DNA from: an uncultured Acidobacteriota bacterium | GTDB taxonomy: Bacteria > Acidobacteriota > Thermoanaerobaculia > UBA5066 | DNA length: 64,000 bases | Reading direction: 5' to 3' | Assembly (NCBI GenBank): GCA_963779415.1 | Contig: CAVZYA010000001.1 | Span: 1,568,001 to 1,632,000, forward strand | In this document: positions 18,643 through 28,915 of the stretch, piece by piece | How the letters are laid out: each line of letters opens with the position of its first letter | Numbering within the stretch: position 1 is the stretch's first letter | Translations under genes and position numbers: made by a program | The notes under the pieces: model-generated | The model's database searches: none | Seen by the model: the letters and a program-made list of their open reading frames with translations, nothing else | What the model was told of the DNA's origin: nothing

Positions 18643-19545
18643 ATGAGCCCGGTGCGGATCGTCCGCCGCCTGCAGGAGATCCATCCCGGGGCCTCCGCGT
18701 CGCGGCTGAAGCGCGCCGTCCTCGAGGGGCAGGTGACGATGGACGATGCGCCGGTGAACGACCCCGGAGCCCTCGTCGACGAAGGCTCCCGCGTCGTCTG
18801 GGACAGAGATCGCGAGGTGCGGCGGCGCGTCGACGCGAAGATCGCGGTTCTCTACGAGGACGACGACGCCGTCGCCGTCTTCAAGCCCGCGGGGCTTCTC
18901 ACGCACCCGACGGAGGCGAAGGAGAAAGAGACGCTCCTCTCGCGCGTCTCGCTCTGGGCCCAGCGCCGCTTCGGACACGGTGCGGGGCGCGCCTACGTGG
19001 CCGTCGTCCACCGGCTCGACAAGGAGACGTCGGGAATCCTCGTCTTCGCCCTCTCGCGTCGGGGCCTCGTCCAGCTGCAGGCCCAGCTCCGGGCACACGC
19101 GATGGAGCGGCGGTATGTCGCCGTCGTGGAAGGGAACCTCTCCGGAGAAACCGGCACTTTCGACCGGGACCTCGTGGAGGACCGCGGAGACCGAAGGCGT
19201 GGCGTCGCGAGGCCGGGCGAGAAAGGGATCCGCGCCGTGACGGAATGGCGTGTCCTCGAGCGGTTCGGGATCGCGACCCTCGTCGAGGCGCGTCTCCGGA
19301 CGGGGCGGACCCACCAGATTCGTGTCCATTTCGCGAGCGCGGGGCACCCTCTCGTCGGCGACCCGGTCTACCGAGATCCGCGCCGCCCTCCTTTCCCCGT
19401 GCCATTTCCCCGCCAGGCGCTCCACGCCGGACGGCTCGGCTTCACGACACCGGGAGGCAGGAAGGTCTCGCTGGACGCGGACCCTCCCGCCGACTTCCAG
19501 GCCCTGCTGGAAGAATTGCGCCGACGCAAGCGCCGCCGAGGCTAG
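18643..19545 (+). CDS. RluA-family pseudouridine synthase
   Basis: KPAGLLTHP, VHRLDKETSG, TGRTHQIRVH, QALHA. Confidence 0.93.
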   Translation: MSPVRIVRRLQEIHPGASASRLKRAVLEGQVTMDDAPVNDPGALVDEGSRVVWDRDREVRRRVDAKIAVLYEDDDAVAVFKPAGLLTHPTEAKEKETLLSRVSLWAQRRFGHGAGRAYVAVVHRLDKETSGILVFALSRRGLVQLQAQLRAHAMERRYVAVVEGNLSGETGTFDRDLVEDRGDRRRGVARPGEKGIRAVTEWRVLERFGIATLVEARLRTGRTHQIRVHFASAGHPLVGDPVYRDPRRPPFPVPFPRQALHAGRLGFTTPGGRKVSLDADPPADFQALLEELRRRKRRRG

Positions 19546-19560
19546 GGACCGAAGAACCGG

Positions 19561-19738
19561 GATTCTTCAGCTATCGGTGGCCGCGTTCGCGGCCACCGGA
19601 GACAAAACCTGCTGCCGAGGGGCGGTTGTCAAGGGTGCACTCCGTGCGCCGCGAAGCGGTCGAAGATCCTTGACAGCCGCCCCCGGCCCAGATTCGGCCC
19701 AAGGGCGGCGGCGAATGCCGCCGCCGATAGCAGAAAAT
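19561..19738. repeat. Structured intergenic repeat, copy 1 (hairpin-GATAG modules flanking a TGTCAAGG...CCTTGACA branched stem)
   Basis: Reverse complement aligns with 33323-33446 with compensatory changes; imperfect terminal inverted repeats GCTATCGGYGGC. Confidence 0.75.
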
Positions 19739-19757
19739 ATCCTTTTTTCCCCTCGTT

Positions 19758-20393
19758 CTATTCGAGGACGACGATCACGACGCGGCGATTCTCCGCCCGC
19801 CCCTTCGCGGTCTTGTTCGGGGCGATCGGAAGGGTGTCGCCGTACGAGATCGTCGACATCCGCGCCAGCGGGAGCTTGTGCTCGCGGGCGAGGTAGCGGC
19901 GGACCGCCTCGGCCCGCTGCTGCCCGAGGGCGTCGTTGATCGCGGCGCCGCCGGTGTCGTCCGTGTGTCCCTGGATCTCGAGCCAGACCGGCTCGTTCAG
20001 CTTCTTGACCTTCGAGGCGAACTCGTCGAGCGCGGCCTTCGCCTCCTTCGACAGGTCATAGGACGACGTCTTGAAGTGGACCCGGTCCTCGGTGAAGGTC
20101 TGCTCGAAGACCACCTTCCCCTTCGCGAGAACGCCGGCCTCCTGCGCCCGCTTGAGGGCGTCCTTGGCCGACTGGCTGAGCTGGTCGAGCTCCTTCTGCT
20201 GCTCCTCGACCTGGGCGGCCGTCGCCTTCTGCTTCTCCTGAAGATCCTCCACCTGCGTCTCGACCGATTCGATCTTCTTGTCGGTCTGCGACTGCGCCTG
20301 GGCGATCTTCGTATCGACGTCCTTCGACGAAACGCACGCGGTGACGCCGAGGGCCAGAAAGCCCGCCAGCGCCTTGTGGATTCCACGGATCAT
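19758..20393 (-). CDS. OmpA/MotB-family peptidoglycan-binding lipoprotein
   Basis: Lipobox VTAC, coiled coil, IQGHTDDTG..N.ALGQQRAEAV, NRRVVI. Confidence 0.92.
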   Translation of the reverse strand: MIRGIHKALAGFLALGVTACVSSKDVDTKIAQAQSQTDKKIESVETQVEDLQEKQKATAAQVEEQQKELDQLSQSAKDALKRAQEAGVLAKGKVVFEQTFTEDRVHFKTSSYDLSKEAKAALDEFASKVKKLNEPVWLEIQGHTDDTGGAAINDALGQQRAEAVRRYLAREHKLPLARMSTISYGDTLPIAPNKTAKGRAENRRVVIVVLE

Positions 20394-21367
20394 GTTCCGT
20401 TTCCTTTCTTTACCGTCTCTGTCTCCCGCCACGGAGGCTCCGTGCCTCTGTACCCCGTCCGCATCCGGAAGGGTTTCGGGGGGCCCGGAAGCTCCAAGAA
20501 GAACTGACGATACCTCACGGGACCTTTCCCGGTGGGGGTGAAGCCGAGGAGGTACTGGAAACGGAGGTCCCGCTCGATCGCCCGGACGGCTTCCGGGAGT
20601 TTCGCCGTATCGTCGACGATGGAGAGCCTCCCGCCCGTGATTCGCGCGATCCGCCCGAGGACCTCGAGGTTCAGGTAGCGCTCCAGGGTCTCGCCGGGCG
20701 GCGGTCGGACGGGCGCTCCCGGGGAGCGGAGCCCGATCGGAAAGATGGGAACGTCGACCCCCTCGAGGAGAGTGCCGAGGCCCTCCTCCGAGAGCGCCGA
20801 TGCGTTATCCACCCCGTCGGACAGAAGGACGATCGCACGGGAGCCGTTCCGCCCCAGAAGCGACCGGTCGGGCATCTTCGCGAGAGCGTCGAAAAAGGCG
20901 GTCTTTCCGAAGGGCTTCACCGCGGCCGCCGCCTGTCGTAGGCGCTCGGCATCGTCGGTGAACGGCACGACCTCGCGGACCGCCCCCTCGGAGAAGACGA
21001 AGAGGGAGAAATCGTCTCCCGGTCGCTTCTCCCGGAGGAGCGCCTCGAGAGCCGCCCGCGCCCCCTCCATTTTTCCGGCGAGCGCCATCGAGCCCGAGCC
21101 GTCGAGGAGGATCGTGAAGGAGACCGGCGCGTCGTCGCTCGCGGTGAAGAGGTCGAGAACGACCGGCCTCCCGTCGACCTTGAGCGTGACGTCCTTCCGG
21201 GAGAGTCCCGCAACTGTACGCCCCTTCGTGTCGGTCACGACGACCGGGACGAGGACGTACCCGACGGAGACGGCCGCGGCGGCTTTCTGTGGCGGGCTCT
21301 CCTGGGATGAGGCGGGCGCCCCGAGGGCGCCCGAAAGGAGAACGGCGGAGAGAAGACGGAGGCTCAG
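20390..21367 (-). CDS. Exported VWA domain protein; probable CTG start overlapping the ndk stop
   Basis: MIDAS LLDGSGSM, GKTAFFDAL, LLSDGVDN. A signal peptide lies upstream of the track start in the same open frame. Confidence 0.85.
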   Translation of the reverse strand: MSLRLLSAVLLSGALGAPASSQESPPQKAAAAVSVGYVLVPVVVTDTKGRTVAGLSRKDVTLKVDGRPVVLDLFTASDDAPVSFTILLDGSGSMALAGKMEGARAALEALLREKRPGDDFSLFVFSEGAVREVVPFTDDAERLRQAAAAVKPFGKTAFFDALAKMPDRSLLGRNGSRAIVLLSDGVDNASALSEEGLGTLLEGVDVPIFPIGLRSPGAPVRPPPGETLERYLNLEVLGRIARITGGRLSIVDDTAKLPEAVRAIERDLRFQYLLGFTPTGKGPVRYRQFFLELPGPPKPFRMRTGYRGTEPPWRETETVKKGNGT

Positions 21368-21777
21368 ATCAGGTCGGCCTGCGGGAAGAAGAACGTGACT
21401 TCACGCGCGGCGTCGGCGGGATTCGCCGAGCCGTGGACGGCATTTCGCTCGATCGACTGGCCGTACTCCTTCCGGAGCGTCCCGGCGTCGGCCTTCGCCG
21501 GATCGGTCGCCCCCATCACGGTGCGCCAGTGGGCGACGCCGTTCGCGCGCTCCAGGACGGCCACGAAGACCGGCCCGGAGGTCATGTAGGCGACGAGGGA
21601 GCCGAAGAAACCCTTCCCCCGGTGCTCGGCGTAGAAGCCCTCGGCTTCGGCCGCCGTCAGCCGGTGCTTCCGGAGGGCGACGACCCGGAAGCCTTCGGCC
21701 TCGATCCGGGAGAGGATCTTTCCGGCATTCCGCGCCTCGACGGCGTCGGGCTTGATGATCGCGAATGTCTTTTCCAT
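21364..21777 (-). CDS. ndk: Nucleoside diphosphate kinase
   Basis: MEKTFAIIKPDAV, FYAEH, MTSGP, NAVHGS. Confidence 0.97.
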   Translation of the reverse strand: MEKTFAIIKPDAVEARNAGKILSRIEAEGFRVVALRKHRLTAAEAEGFYAEHRGKGFFGSLVAYMTSGPVFVAVLERANGVAHWRTVMGATDPAKADAGTLRKEYGQSIERNAVHGSANPADAAREVTFFFPQADLI

Positions 21778-21848
21778 GCGGGGCGTGAGTATACGCGGCG
21801 CCTGCCGCCCGTTGCGCACCGGACCGCCTCTCTTTTAGGCTTTCTTCC

Positions 21849-22298
21849 ATGAAGAACCTCTTTGCGACGTCCGAACGGTCGGAGATTCTCGGCCGGCTCG
21901 GCCGGCTTCAGCCCGGCGCCGCGCGGCTGTGGGGAACGATGGATCCCGCCCGGATGCTCGCCCATTGTGCCGTCGCGATGGAGATGGCGACGGGCGACGC
22001 GCCCCGGGAACAGAAGCTCATCGGGAAGCTCCTCGGCCCCATCGTCAAGGCAAGGCTGCTCGGCAACGAGCCCTTCTCGAAGAACTCTCCGACCGACCCG
22101 GCCTTCATCGTGAGCGACCCGCGCGACTTCGCGGCGGAGAAGGCTCGGCTCACCGCGCTCCTCACCCGCTTCTGCGATGCCGGCCCCGCGGCCGCCGCCC
22201 GGCATGTCCACTCCCTCCTGGGCCGCCTCCAGGGGGACGAGTGGGGCGTGATGATGTACAAGCACCTCGACCACCACCTCCGGCAGTTCGGGGCGTAG
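21849..22298 (+). CDS. DUF1569 / DinB-like protein
   Basis: WGTMDPARMLAHC, WGVMMYKHLDHHLRQFG. Confidence 0.85.
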   Translation: MKNLFATSERSEILGRLGRLQPGAARLWGTMDPARMLAHCAVAMEMATGDAPREQKLIGKLLGPIVKARLLGNEPFSKNSPTDPAFIVSDPRDFAAEKARLTALLTRFCDAGPAAAARHVHSLLGRLQGDEWGVMMYKHLDHHLRQFGA

Positions 22299-22313
22299 CG
22301 GCGGCCGGGCGGC

Positions 22314-23189
22314 TTACTTCCCGAGGACCTTCTTCAGCGTCTCGCCCATCAGCGCGGGGGAGTCGGCCACGTGGACGCCGGCCTCCTTGAGGGCCTTCAC
22401 CTTCTCGGCGGCGGTTCCCTTCCCCCCCGAGATGATGGCGCCCGCGTGCCCCATCCGCCGTCCCGGCGGAGCCGTCCGTCCCGCGATGAACGAGACGACC
22501 GGCTTCTTCAGGTTGACGCGGATCCAGGCCGCCGCTTCCTCCTCCGCGCTCCCGCCGATCTCGCCGATCATGATGACGGCCTGCGTCTCGGGGTCGTCGC
22601 GGAAAAGGGTCAGGGTGTCGATGAAGTTCGTCCCGTTGATCGGGTCGCCGCCGATTCCGATGCAGGTCGACTGGCCGAAGCCCATCGCGGTCGTCTGGCC
22701 GACCGCCTCGTAGGTGAGCGTCCCCGAGCGGGAGACGACGCCGACGAATCCCGGCTTGTGGATCCGGGCCGGCATGATGCCGATCTTCACCTTCGCCGAG
22801 GGCCGGATGATCCCCGGGCAGTTCGGGCCGATGAGGCGGCTCTTCTTCTTCGCGAGGTACGCCTTCGCCCGGATCATGTCGTTGACGGGGATCCCCTCCG
22901 TGATCGCGACGATGAGCGGGACGAGAGCGTCCGCGGCCTCCACGATCGCGTCGGCGCAGCCGGCCGGCGGAACGAAGATCATCGACGCGTTCGCGCCCGT
23001 CTTCTGGACCGCCTCGGCCACCGTGTTGAAGACCGGAATCCCCTCGACCCAGGACCCTCCCTTGCCGGGGGTGACGCCGGCCACGACCTGCGTGCCGTAC
23101 GCCTTCGCGGCGAGGGCGTGGAACGTTCCCTCGCGCCCGGTCAGCCCCTGTACGACGAGCTTCGTCTCCGTGTCGATCCAGGCGCTCAT
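22314..23189 (-). CDS. sucD: Succinyl-CoA synthetase alpha subunit
   Basis: [34 protein letters not shown]. Confidence 0.97.
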   Translation of the reverse strand: MSAWIDTETKLVVQGLTGREGTFHALAAKAYGTQVVAGVTPGKGGSWVEGIPVFNTVAEAVQKTGANASMIFVPPAGCADAIVEAADALVPLIVAITEGIPVNDMIRAKAYLAKKKSRLIGPNCPGIIRPSAKVKIGIMPARIHKPGFVGVVSRSGTLTYEAVGQTTAMGFGQSTCIGIGGDPINGTNFIDTLTLFRDDPETQAVIMIGEIGGSAEEEAAAWIRVNLKKPVVSFIAGRTAPPGRRMGHAGAIISGGKGTAAEKVKALKEAGVHVADSPALMGETLKKVLGK

Positions 23190-24352
23190 TTGCCACCTCC
23201 GAGCGCGGCGATGACCTTCTCGGCCGCGTCCTTCATCCCGTCGGCGGGGATGATGGCGAGGCCCGAGCTCTTCAGGATCGCCTTCCCCTCCTCGACGTTC
23301 GTCCCTTCGAGGCGGACGACGACCGGGACCTTGATCCCGATCTCCTTCACGGCGTTGACGACGCCGGTCGCGATGATGTCGCAGCGCATGATGCCGCCGA
23401 AGATGTTGATGAGGACGGCCTTCACGTTCCGGTCGGAGAGCAGGATCCGCATCGCGTTCTTCACCTGCTCCTCGTTCGCGCCGCCCCCCACGTCGAGGAA
23501 GTTCGCGGGCCGGCCGCCCGCGTACTGGATGATGTCCATGGTCGCCATCGCGAGCCCGGCGCCGTTCACCATGCAGCCGACGTTCCCGTCCAGCTTGATG
23601 TAGTTGAGGTCGAACTTCGAGGCCTCGACCTCCAGCGGGTCCTCTTCGTCGAGGTCCCGGAACTCCTTGATGTTCGGGTGCCGGAAGAGGGCGTTGTCGT
23701 CGAAGTTCATCTTCGCGTCGAGAGCGAGGACGTCCCCCTGCGCCGTGACGAGGAGCGGGTTGATCTCGGCGAGCGAGGCGTCCGTCTCGAGATAGGCCTT
23801 CGCGAGGGCGATGAAGAAGGTGCAGGCCTTCTTGTGCGTGTCGCCGGAGAGGCCGAGCGCGAACGCGAGCTTCCGAGCCTGGAAAGGTTGAAGCCCCCAT
23901 GCCAGCTCGAACGGCTCCTTGACGATGGCCGACGGGTCTTTGGCGGCCACCTCCTCGATCTCCATCCCCCCCTGCGCCGAGACCATCATGACCGGCTTGC
24001 CGACCGCCCGGTCGAGCGTGATGCCGGCATACAGCTCACGGGCGATGTCGAGCGCCTCCTCGACGAGCACCTTCTTCACCTTCCGCCCCTCGGGGCCGGT
24101 CTGGTGCGTGACGAGCTGCATGCCGATGATCTTCTTCGCGTGCTCGACCGCCTCCTCGGGAACGCGGGCGAGCTTCACGCCGCCCCCCTTGCCGCGGCCT
24201 CCGGCGTGGATCTGCGCCTTGACGACGGCGCGCCCGCCGAATTCCTTCGCGATCCGTCCCGCCTCTTCGGGCGAGTCCGTCACCTGCCCGCGAGGCGTCG
24301 GAACACCATAGCCGCGCAGGATCTGCTTCGCCTGGTACTCGTGAACTTTCAT
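23186..24352 (-). CDS. sucC: Succinyl-CoA synthetase beta subunit
   Basis: [42 protein letters not shown]. Confidence 0.97.
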   Translation of the reverse strand: MKVHEYQAKQILRGYGVPTPRGQVTDSPEEAGRIAKEFGGRAVVKAQIHAGGRGKGGGVKLARVPEEAVEHAKKIIGMQLVTHQTGPEGRKVKKVLVEEALDIARELYAGITLDRAVGKPVMMVSAQGGMEIEEVAAKDPSAIVKEPFELAWGLQPFQARKLAFALGLSGDTHKKACTFFIALAKAYLETDASLAEINPLLVTAQGDVLALDAKMNFDDNALFRHPNIKEFRDLDEEDPLEVEASKFDLNYIKLDGNVGCMVNGAGLAMATMDIIQYAGGRPANFLDVGGGANEEQVKNAMRILLSDRNVKAVLINIFGGIMRCDIIATGVVNAVKEIGIKVPVVVRLEGTNVEEGKAILKSSGLAIIPADGMKDAAEKVIAALGGGK

Positions 24353-24491
24353 CGGAGCGCCTTTCGCGATGTCGTAATGGAAGGCGCGCGGGAGATTAAC
24401 AGAACCTCTCGCCGGTGGAGACGCAACGGAGACGCGAAAAAGTAGACTACCGGGGGACGCCGCCCCGGAGAATCCGACCGAAGGAGAGATC

Positions 24492-25079
24492 GTGAAAGTC
24501 GCCTTCCGCCTCGTTGCCGGACTTCTCCCGGCTCTCGGCCTCCTCTCCGCCCGCCCGGCCGCCGCCCAGTTCTTCGCCTCGGTCGGCGTCCACGCGGGCT
24601 ACTCGCAGACGAAGGACGCCCCGAGCGGATCCTTCATCGGAGGCGCGCAGGCCCGGTTCCGCCTCCTCTCCTTCATCGGCGCCGAGGCGCTCGCCGAGTA
24701 CCGCGAGACAACGTACCAGTCGGGAGGGACCGACGTCCTCAAGGTGAAGGACATCCCGGTTCAACTCTCGGCCATGCTCTACCTCATTCCGGCGGGGCCG
24801 CTGCAGCTCTATGCCCTCGGCGGGGTCGGCTGCCACTTCACGAAGTCCGAGGGGCTCGGACCCGCGGCGGGCGCCCCGACGACGAATCAGTCGAAGTGGG
24901 CGCCCCAGGCCGGCGCCGGCGTCGAGATCTGGCCCAGCAAGAGCTGGTACCTCTCGGCGGACGTCCGATACGTCTTCCTCTCGATCAGCTCGGTCCGCGA
25001 CCTCGAGAACGCCGTCAAGAGCGGGAGCTTCTCGGCCGACTACTGGCAGGCCACGGCCGGCCTCAACTACAAGTTCTGA
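24492..25079 (+). CDS. Small outer-membrane beta-barrel protein (OmpW/Opa-like)
   Basis: Signal peptide ending AAA-Q, alternating beta strands, C-terminal YKF. Confidence 0.8.
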   Translation: MKVAFRLVAGLLPALGLLSARPAAAQFFASVGVHAGYSQTKDAPSGSFIGGAQARFRLLSFIGAEALAEYRETTYQSGGTDVLKVKDIPVQLSAMLYLIPAGPLQLYALGGVGCHFTKSEGLGPAAGAPTTNQSKWAPQAGAGVEIWPSKSWYLSADVRYVFLSISSVRDLENAVKSGSFSADYWQATAGLNYKF

Positions 25080-25104
25080 AGGAAGGCCGCGATCCGGCTC
25101 CGGC

Positions 25105-25434
25105 ATGCCTTCTTGCACTCCTCTCCCGCTCTCCGACGAGACGCTCGCTCTGCTCGAAGCGCTCGCGAAGAGATCGGGGCGCCCGCCGGAGGAGGTGCTG
25201 GCGGATCTCGTCCGGGCGGCGGCCGAGGCGGACGGGCTGACGATTCCGCCGGGAGGCGCTTTCCTCGAGCTCGAAGCGGTCGACGAGACGCCGGCCATCG
25301 GCCCCGGGGGACGCGGGCGGAGGGTTCACTTCGTCGCCGTCGACGAGACCGGCGAGCAGGACGTCGGCAGCTTCTTCGTGCCGGACGCGCCCGAGCGGAA
25401 GAAAGGGGGGCCGAAAGAGCCGGAATCCGGCTGA
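25105..25434 (+). CDS. Hypothetical protein, possible ribbon-helix-helix-like N-terminus
   Basis: [30 protein letters not shown]; codon usage typical of the window. Confidence 0.5.
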   Translation: MPSCTPLPLSDETLALLEALAKRSGRPPEEVLADLVRAAAEADGLTIPPGGAFLELEAVDETPAIGPGGRGRRVHFVAVDETGEQDVGSFFVPDAPERKKGGPKEPESG

Positions 25435-25564
25435 GCCCTCTCCTGCTAAAGTCCGCCTCCGCCCGGAAGACGACCGGCTTCCCGATGCCCCGTTTCCATC
25501 GACATCCGCCCCGGCGCGGGGCAAGCTCTCCCCGATGACACCGGGCCGTGAGGAGCATCACCCC

Positions 25565-26905
25565 ATGTACCGAACACAGTCCGTCAACGAGCTCGAGCGG
25601 TCGTGGGCAAACGACCTCCGCTGGAAGGGAATCGTCCGCCCCTACTCGCCCGTGGAGGTCGATCGCCTCCGCGGAACGGTCCAGCTCGACCACTCCATCG
25701 CCCGGATGGGATCGGAGCGCCTCTGGAATCTCCTCCATACCGAGAAGATCGTCCGGGCCCTCGGGGCCCTCACCGGCAACCAGGCCGTCCAGCAAGTGCA
25801 GGCGGGGCTGAAGGCGATCTACCTCTCCGGCTGGCAGGTGGCGGGAGACGCCAACGACGCCCTGACGATGTATCCCGACCAGAGCCTCTACCCGGTGACG
25901 AGCGTTCCGAACGTCATCCGGAAGATCAACAACGCCCTGATGCGCGCCGACCAGATCCAGCACATGGAGGGGAGGAACGACGTCTACTACTTCGCCCCCA
26001 TCGTGGCGGACGCGGAGGCCGGCTTCGGCGGCCCGCTCAACACCTTCGAGCTGATCAAGGCGATGATCGAGGCCGGAGCCGGCGGCATCCATCTCGAGGA
26101 CCAGCTCTCCTCGCTGAAGAAGTGCGGTCACATGGGGGGAAAGGTCCTCGTCCCGATCCACGACTTCATCCAGAAGCTGATCGCGGCGCGCCTCGCCGCC
26201 GACGTCATGGGGGTCCCGACCGTCTTCATCGGGAGGACCGACTCGCTCGGCGCAAGCCTGATCCGCGGGGACATCGACCGGGTGGACCAGGACTTTCTGA
26301 CGGGCGAGAGGACCCGCGACGGCTTCTACATCGTCAAGGGGGGGATCGACTACGCCGTCGCGCGCGCCTGCGCGTTCGCCCCGTACACGGACGTGATCTG
26401 GTGCGAGACCGCGACGCCCGACATGGACGAGGCCCGGGCGTTCGCCCGCGGAGTCCACGAGAAGTTCCCGGGGAAGATGCTCGCCTACAACTGCTCCCCC
26501 TCGTTCAACTGGAAGCGGAAGCTTTCCGACGACGAGATCGGACGCTTCCAGGAAGAGCTGGCCGACATCGGCTACAGGTTCCAGTTCATCACGCTCGCGG
26601 GCTTTCACACCCTGAACGCCGCGATGTTCGAGCTGGCCCACGGCTACAACGCGACGGGGATGCCGGCCTTCGTGAACCTGCAGGAGCGCGAGTTCGAGAT
26701 GGAGCGGACCGCCGGCTTCCAGGCCGTCCGGCACCAGCGCTTCGTCGGCGCCGGCTACTTCGACGTCGTCCAGATGACCGTCACGGGCGGCGACGTCTCC
26801 ACCTCGGCCCTCAAGGGATCGACCGAGGAGGAGCAGTTCCACCCCGAAGGAGGGTCCGGAGGGCCAAAGCCCCCCGGTCGAAAGGAAGGAGTTCAGAAGG
26901 GATGA
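25565..26905 (+). CDS. aceA: Isocitrate lyase
   Basis: [41 protein letters not shown]. Confidence 0.97.
   Translation: MYRTQSVNELERSWANDLRWKGIVRPYSPVEVDRLRGTVQLDHSIARMGSERLWNLLHTEKIVRALGALTGNQAVQQVQAGLKAIYLSGWQVAGDANDALTMYPDQSLYPVTSVPNVIRKINNALMRADQIQHMEGRNDVYYFAPIVADAEAGFGGPLNTFELIKAMIEAGAGGIHLEDQLSSLKKCGHMGGKVLVPIHDFIQKLIAARLAADVMGVPTVFIGRTDSLGASLIRGDIDRVDQDFLTGERTRDGFYIVKGGIDYAVARACAFAPYTDVIWCETATPDMDEARAFARGVHEKFPGKMLAYNCSPSFNWKRKLSDDEIGRFQEELADIGYRFQFITLAGFHTLNAAMFELAHGYNATGMPAFVNLQEREFEMERTAGFQAVRHQRFVGAGYFDVVQMTVTGGDVSTSALKGSTEEEQFHPEGGSGGPKPPGRKEGVQKG
26852..26877 (+). repeat. REP-like palindrome, copy 1 (inside the aceA 3' end)
   Basis: GGGTCCGGAGGGC-CAAA-GCCCCCCGG. Confidence 0.65.
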
Positions 26906-27789
26906 GATCCGCACCTGCTCTCGCCGCGTTGCTTCTCCTGTCGCCCGCCCTTGCCGCGCCCCCCGTACCCGCCACCTACACGGCGGAGGTCGAGAACTTC
27001 CGCAAGGAGCGGGAAGCGAGCCTCAAAACGAACGAGCCGTGGCTGAGGCTGGTCGGCCTCTCGTGGCTCGAGGAAGGCGACAACGCCGTCGGCAGCGCCC
27101 CGAAGAGCCGCGTCCTCCTGCCGAAGGGGAACGCGCCGGCGACGCTCGGCACCCTCCGGCTCGAGAACGGGGTCGCCACCTTCACGGCGGCGCCGGGCGC
27201 CGACGTCACGTCGGACGGAAAGCCGGTGAAGACGATTGCGATGAAGTCCGGCCCTCCGACGGTGCTGGCGCACGGGACGCTGAGATTCTTCCTCCTAGGA
27301 CGCGGTCGTCGAATCGGAGTTCGCGTCCTCGATCTCGAAGCGCCTGCCCTGAAATCCTTCACCGGGATCGAATGCTTCCCGGTTGATCCCGCGTGGCGCG
27401 TCGTCGCGAAGTTCGAGGCGTACACGCCGAAGAAGAAGATCGACGTACCGACGAACGTCATCGGAACGCCGGAAATGCAGGATTCCCCCGGCGCCGTCGT
27501 CTTCGAGAAGAACGGCAAGAGCTGCCGCCTCGACGCGCTCATCGGCGGCCCGAAGGGAGAGCTCTTTCTCGTCTTCGGCGACCAGACGAACGGAAAGGAG
27601 ACCTACGGGGGCGGGCGCTTCCTCCACACGGCCCCTCCTGCGGCCGACGGCTCCGTCGTCGTCGATTTCAACCGGGCCCTCAACCCGCCCTGCGCCTTCA
27701 CCCCCTACGCGACCTGCCCCCTTCCGCCCAAGGGGAACCGTCTCGCGCTGTCGGTGACCGCGGGAGAGAAGAGCTACGGGAAGCATTAG
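26902..27789 (+). CDS. DUF1684 domain exported protein
   Basis: [49 protein letters not shown]. Confidence 0.92.
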   Translation: MRSAPALAALLLLSPALAAPPVPATYTAEVENFRKEREASLKTNEPWLRLVGLSWLEEGDNAVGSAPKSRVLLPKGNAPATLGTLRLENGVATFTAAPGADVTSDGKPVKTIAMKSGPPTVLAHGTLRFFLLGRGRRIGVRVLDLEAPALKSFTGIECFPVDPAWRVVAKFEAYTPKKKIDVPTNVIGTPEMQDSPGAVVFEKNGKSCRLDALIGGPKGELFLVFGDQTNGKETYGGGRFLHTAPPAADGSVVVDFNRALNPPCAFTPYATCPLPPKGNRLALSVTAGEKSYGKH

Positions 27790-27790
27790 G

Positions 27791-27816
27791 GGGTCCGGGG
27801 GGCGACAGCCCCCCGG
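27791..27816 (+). repeat. REP-like palindrome, copy 2
   Basis: GGGTCCGGGGGGC-GACA-GCCCCCCGG; 23/26 identical to copy 1. Confidence 0.65.
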
Positions 27817-27841
27817 CAAGAGAAACCCAAAGGAGTCCTCT

Positions 27842-28906
27842 ATGAACGAAAGCGAGGATCCAAGGAACACCCTCCCCCGTCGTGACGTCCTGAAGCTCGG
27901 AGCCGCCGCGGCGGCCGGATTCATCGCCCGGGACCTCGCCGCCGAGGTCCCGATGGACGCCCCGAAGCCCGGCGCGTTTCCCGAGAACCCGCGCACGCCG
28001 GCGGCGATGCCGATGAGGAACTTCGGAAAGACCGGCTACCGCGTCGGGATTTTCAGCCTCGGCGGGCAGGCGGCCGTCGAGCAGCCCGAGAACGACGCCG
28101 TCGCCGTGCCGATCGTCGAGAAGGCGCTCGACCTCGGCCTCAACTACATCGACACCTCCGCCCGGTACGGAGGCGAGGCCCGCTGGAGCGAGCGGTACGT
28201 CGGGCAGGTGATGAAGCGCCGGCGGCACGAAGCCTTCCTCGCCACGAAGACGCACGACCGGACGCGCGACGGCTCGTGGAAGCTCCTCGAGACGTCGCTG
28301 AAGCTTCTCCAGACCGACCACGTCGACCTCTGGCAGATCCACAACCTGAACGCGATGGAGCAGGTCGACCGGATCTTCGCGCCGGACGGCGCCGTCAAGG
28401 CGATGCAGGAGGCGCGCGAGCAGAAGCTCGTCCGTTTCCTCGGCGTCACGGGACATGCCGACCCCGATGTCCTCCTCGCGGCGATCCGCCGCTTCCCGTT
28501 CGACACGATCCTGATGGCGTTGAACGCGGCCGACCCGCACCACAAGAGCTTCCAGAAGGAGCTTCTCCCGACGGCCGTCGAGAATGAGATGGGGATCGTC
28601 GGGATGAAGATCCCCGCGCGAGGGCGGATCCTCGCAAGCTGGAGGCCGCCCCCGGCGGGGAAGGAGCCCGCGTGGACGGGAAACGCGACGGGGCCCGGGA
28701 CGCTGACGATGTCCGAGGCGATGCGTTACGTCCTCTCGCTTCCCGTCTCGACGGTCATCATCGGGGTCGACTCGATCGGCCAGCTCGAGGAGAACGTCCG
28801 GATCGCGAGGACCTTCACGCCCCTCTCCGCGGGCCAGCTCGCCGACCTCGCGGCGAAGGCCGAGCCCGTCAAGAAACAGGCGCTCTTCTTCCGGACCATC
28901 GCGTAG
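27842..28906 (+). CDS. Aldo/keto reductase with twin-arginine signal
   Basis: PRRDVLK Tat motif; IDTSARYG, ATKT, WQIH, GVTGH. Confidence 0.9.
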   Translation: MNESEDPRNTLPRRDVLKLGAAAAAGFIARDLAAEVPMDAPKPGAFPENPRTPAAMPMRNFGKTGYRVGIFSLGGQAAVEQPENDAVAVPIVEKALDLGLNYIDTSARYGGEARWSERYVGQVMKRRRHEAFLATKTHDRTRDGSWKLLETSLKLLQTDHVDLWQIHNLNAMEQVDRIFAPDGAVKAMQEAREQKLVRFLGVTGHADPDVLLAAIRRFPFDTILMALNAADPHHKSFQKELLPTAVENEMGIVGMKIPARGRILASWRPPPAGKEPAWTGNATGPGTLTMSEAMRYVLSLPVSTVIIGVDSIGQLEENVRIARTFTPLSAGQLADLAAKAEPVKKQALFFRTIA

Positions 28907-28915
28907 AGCGGCGAT

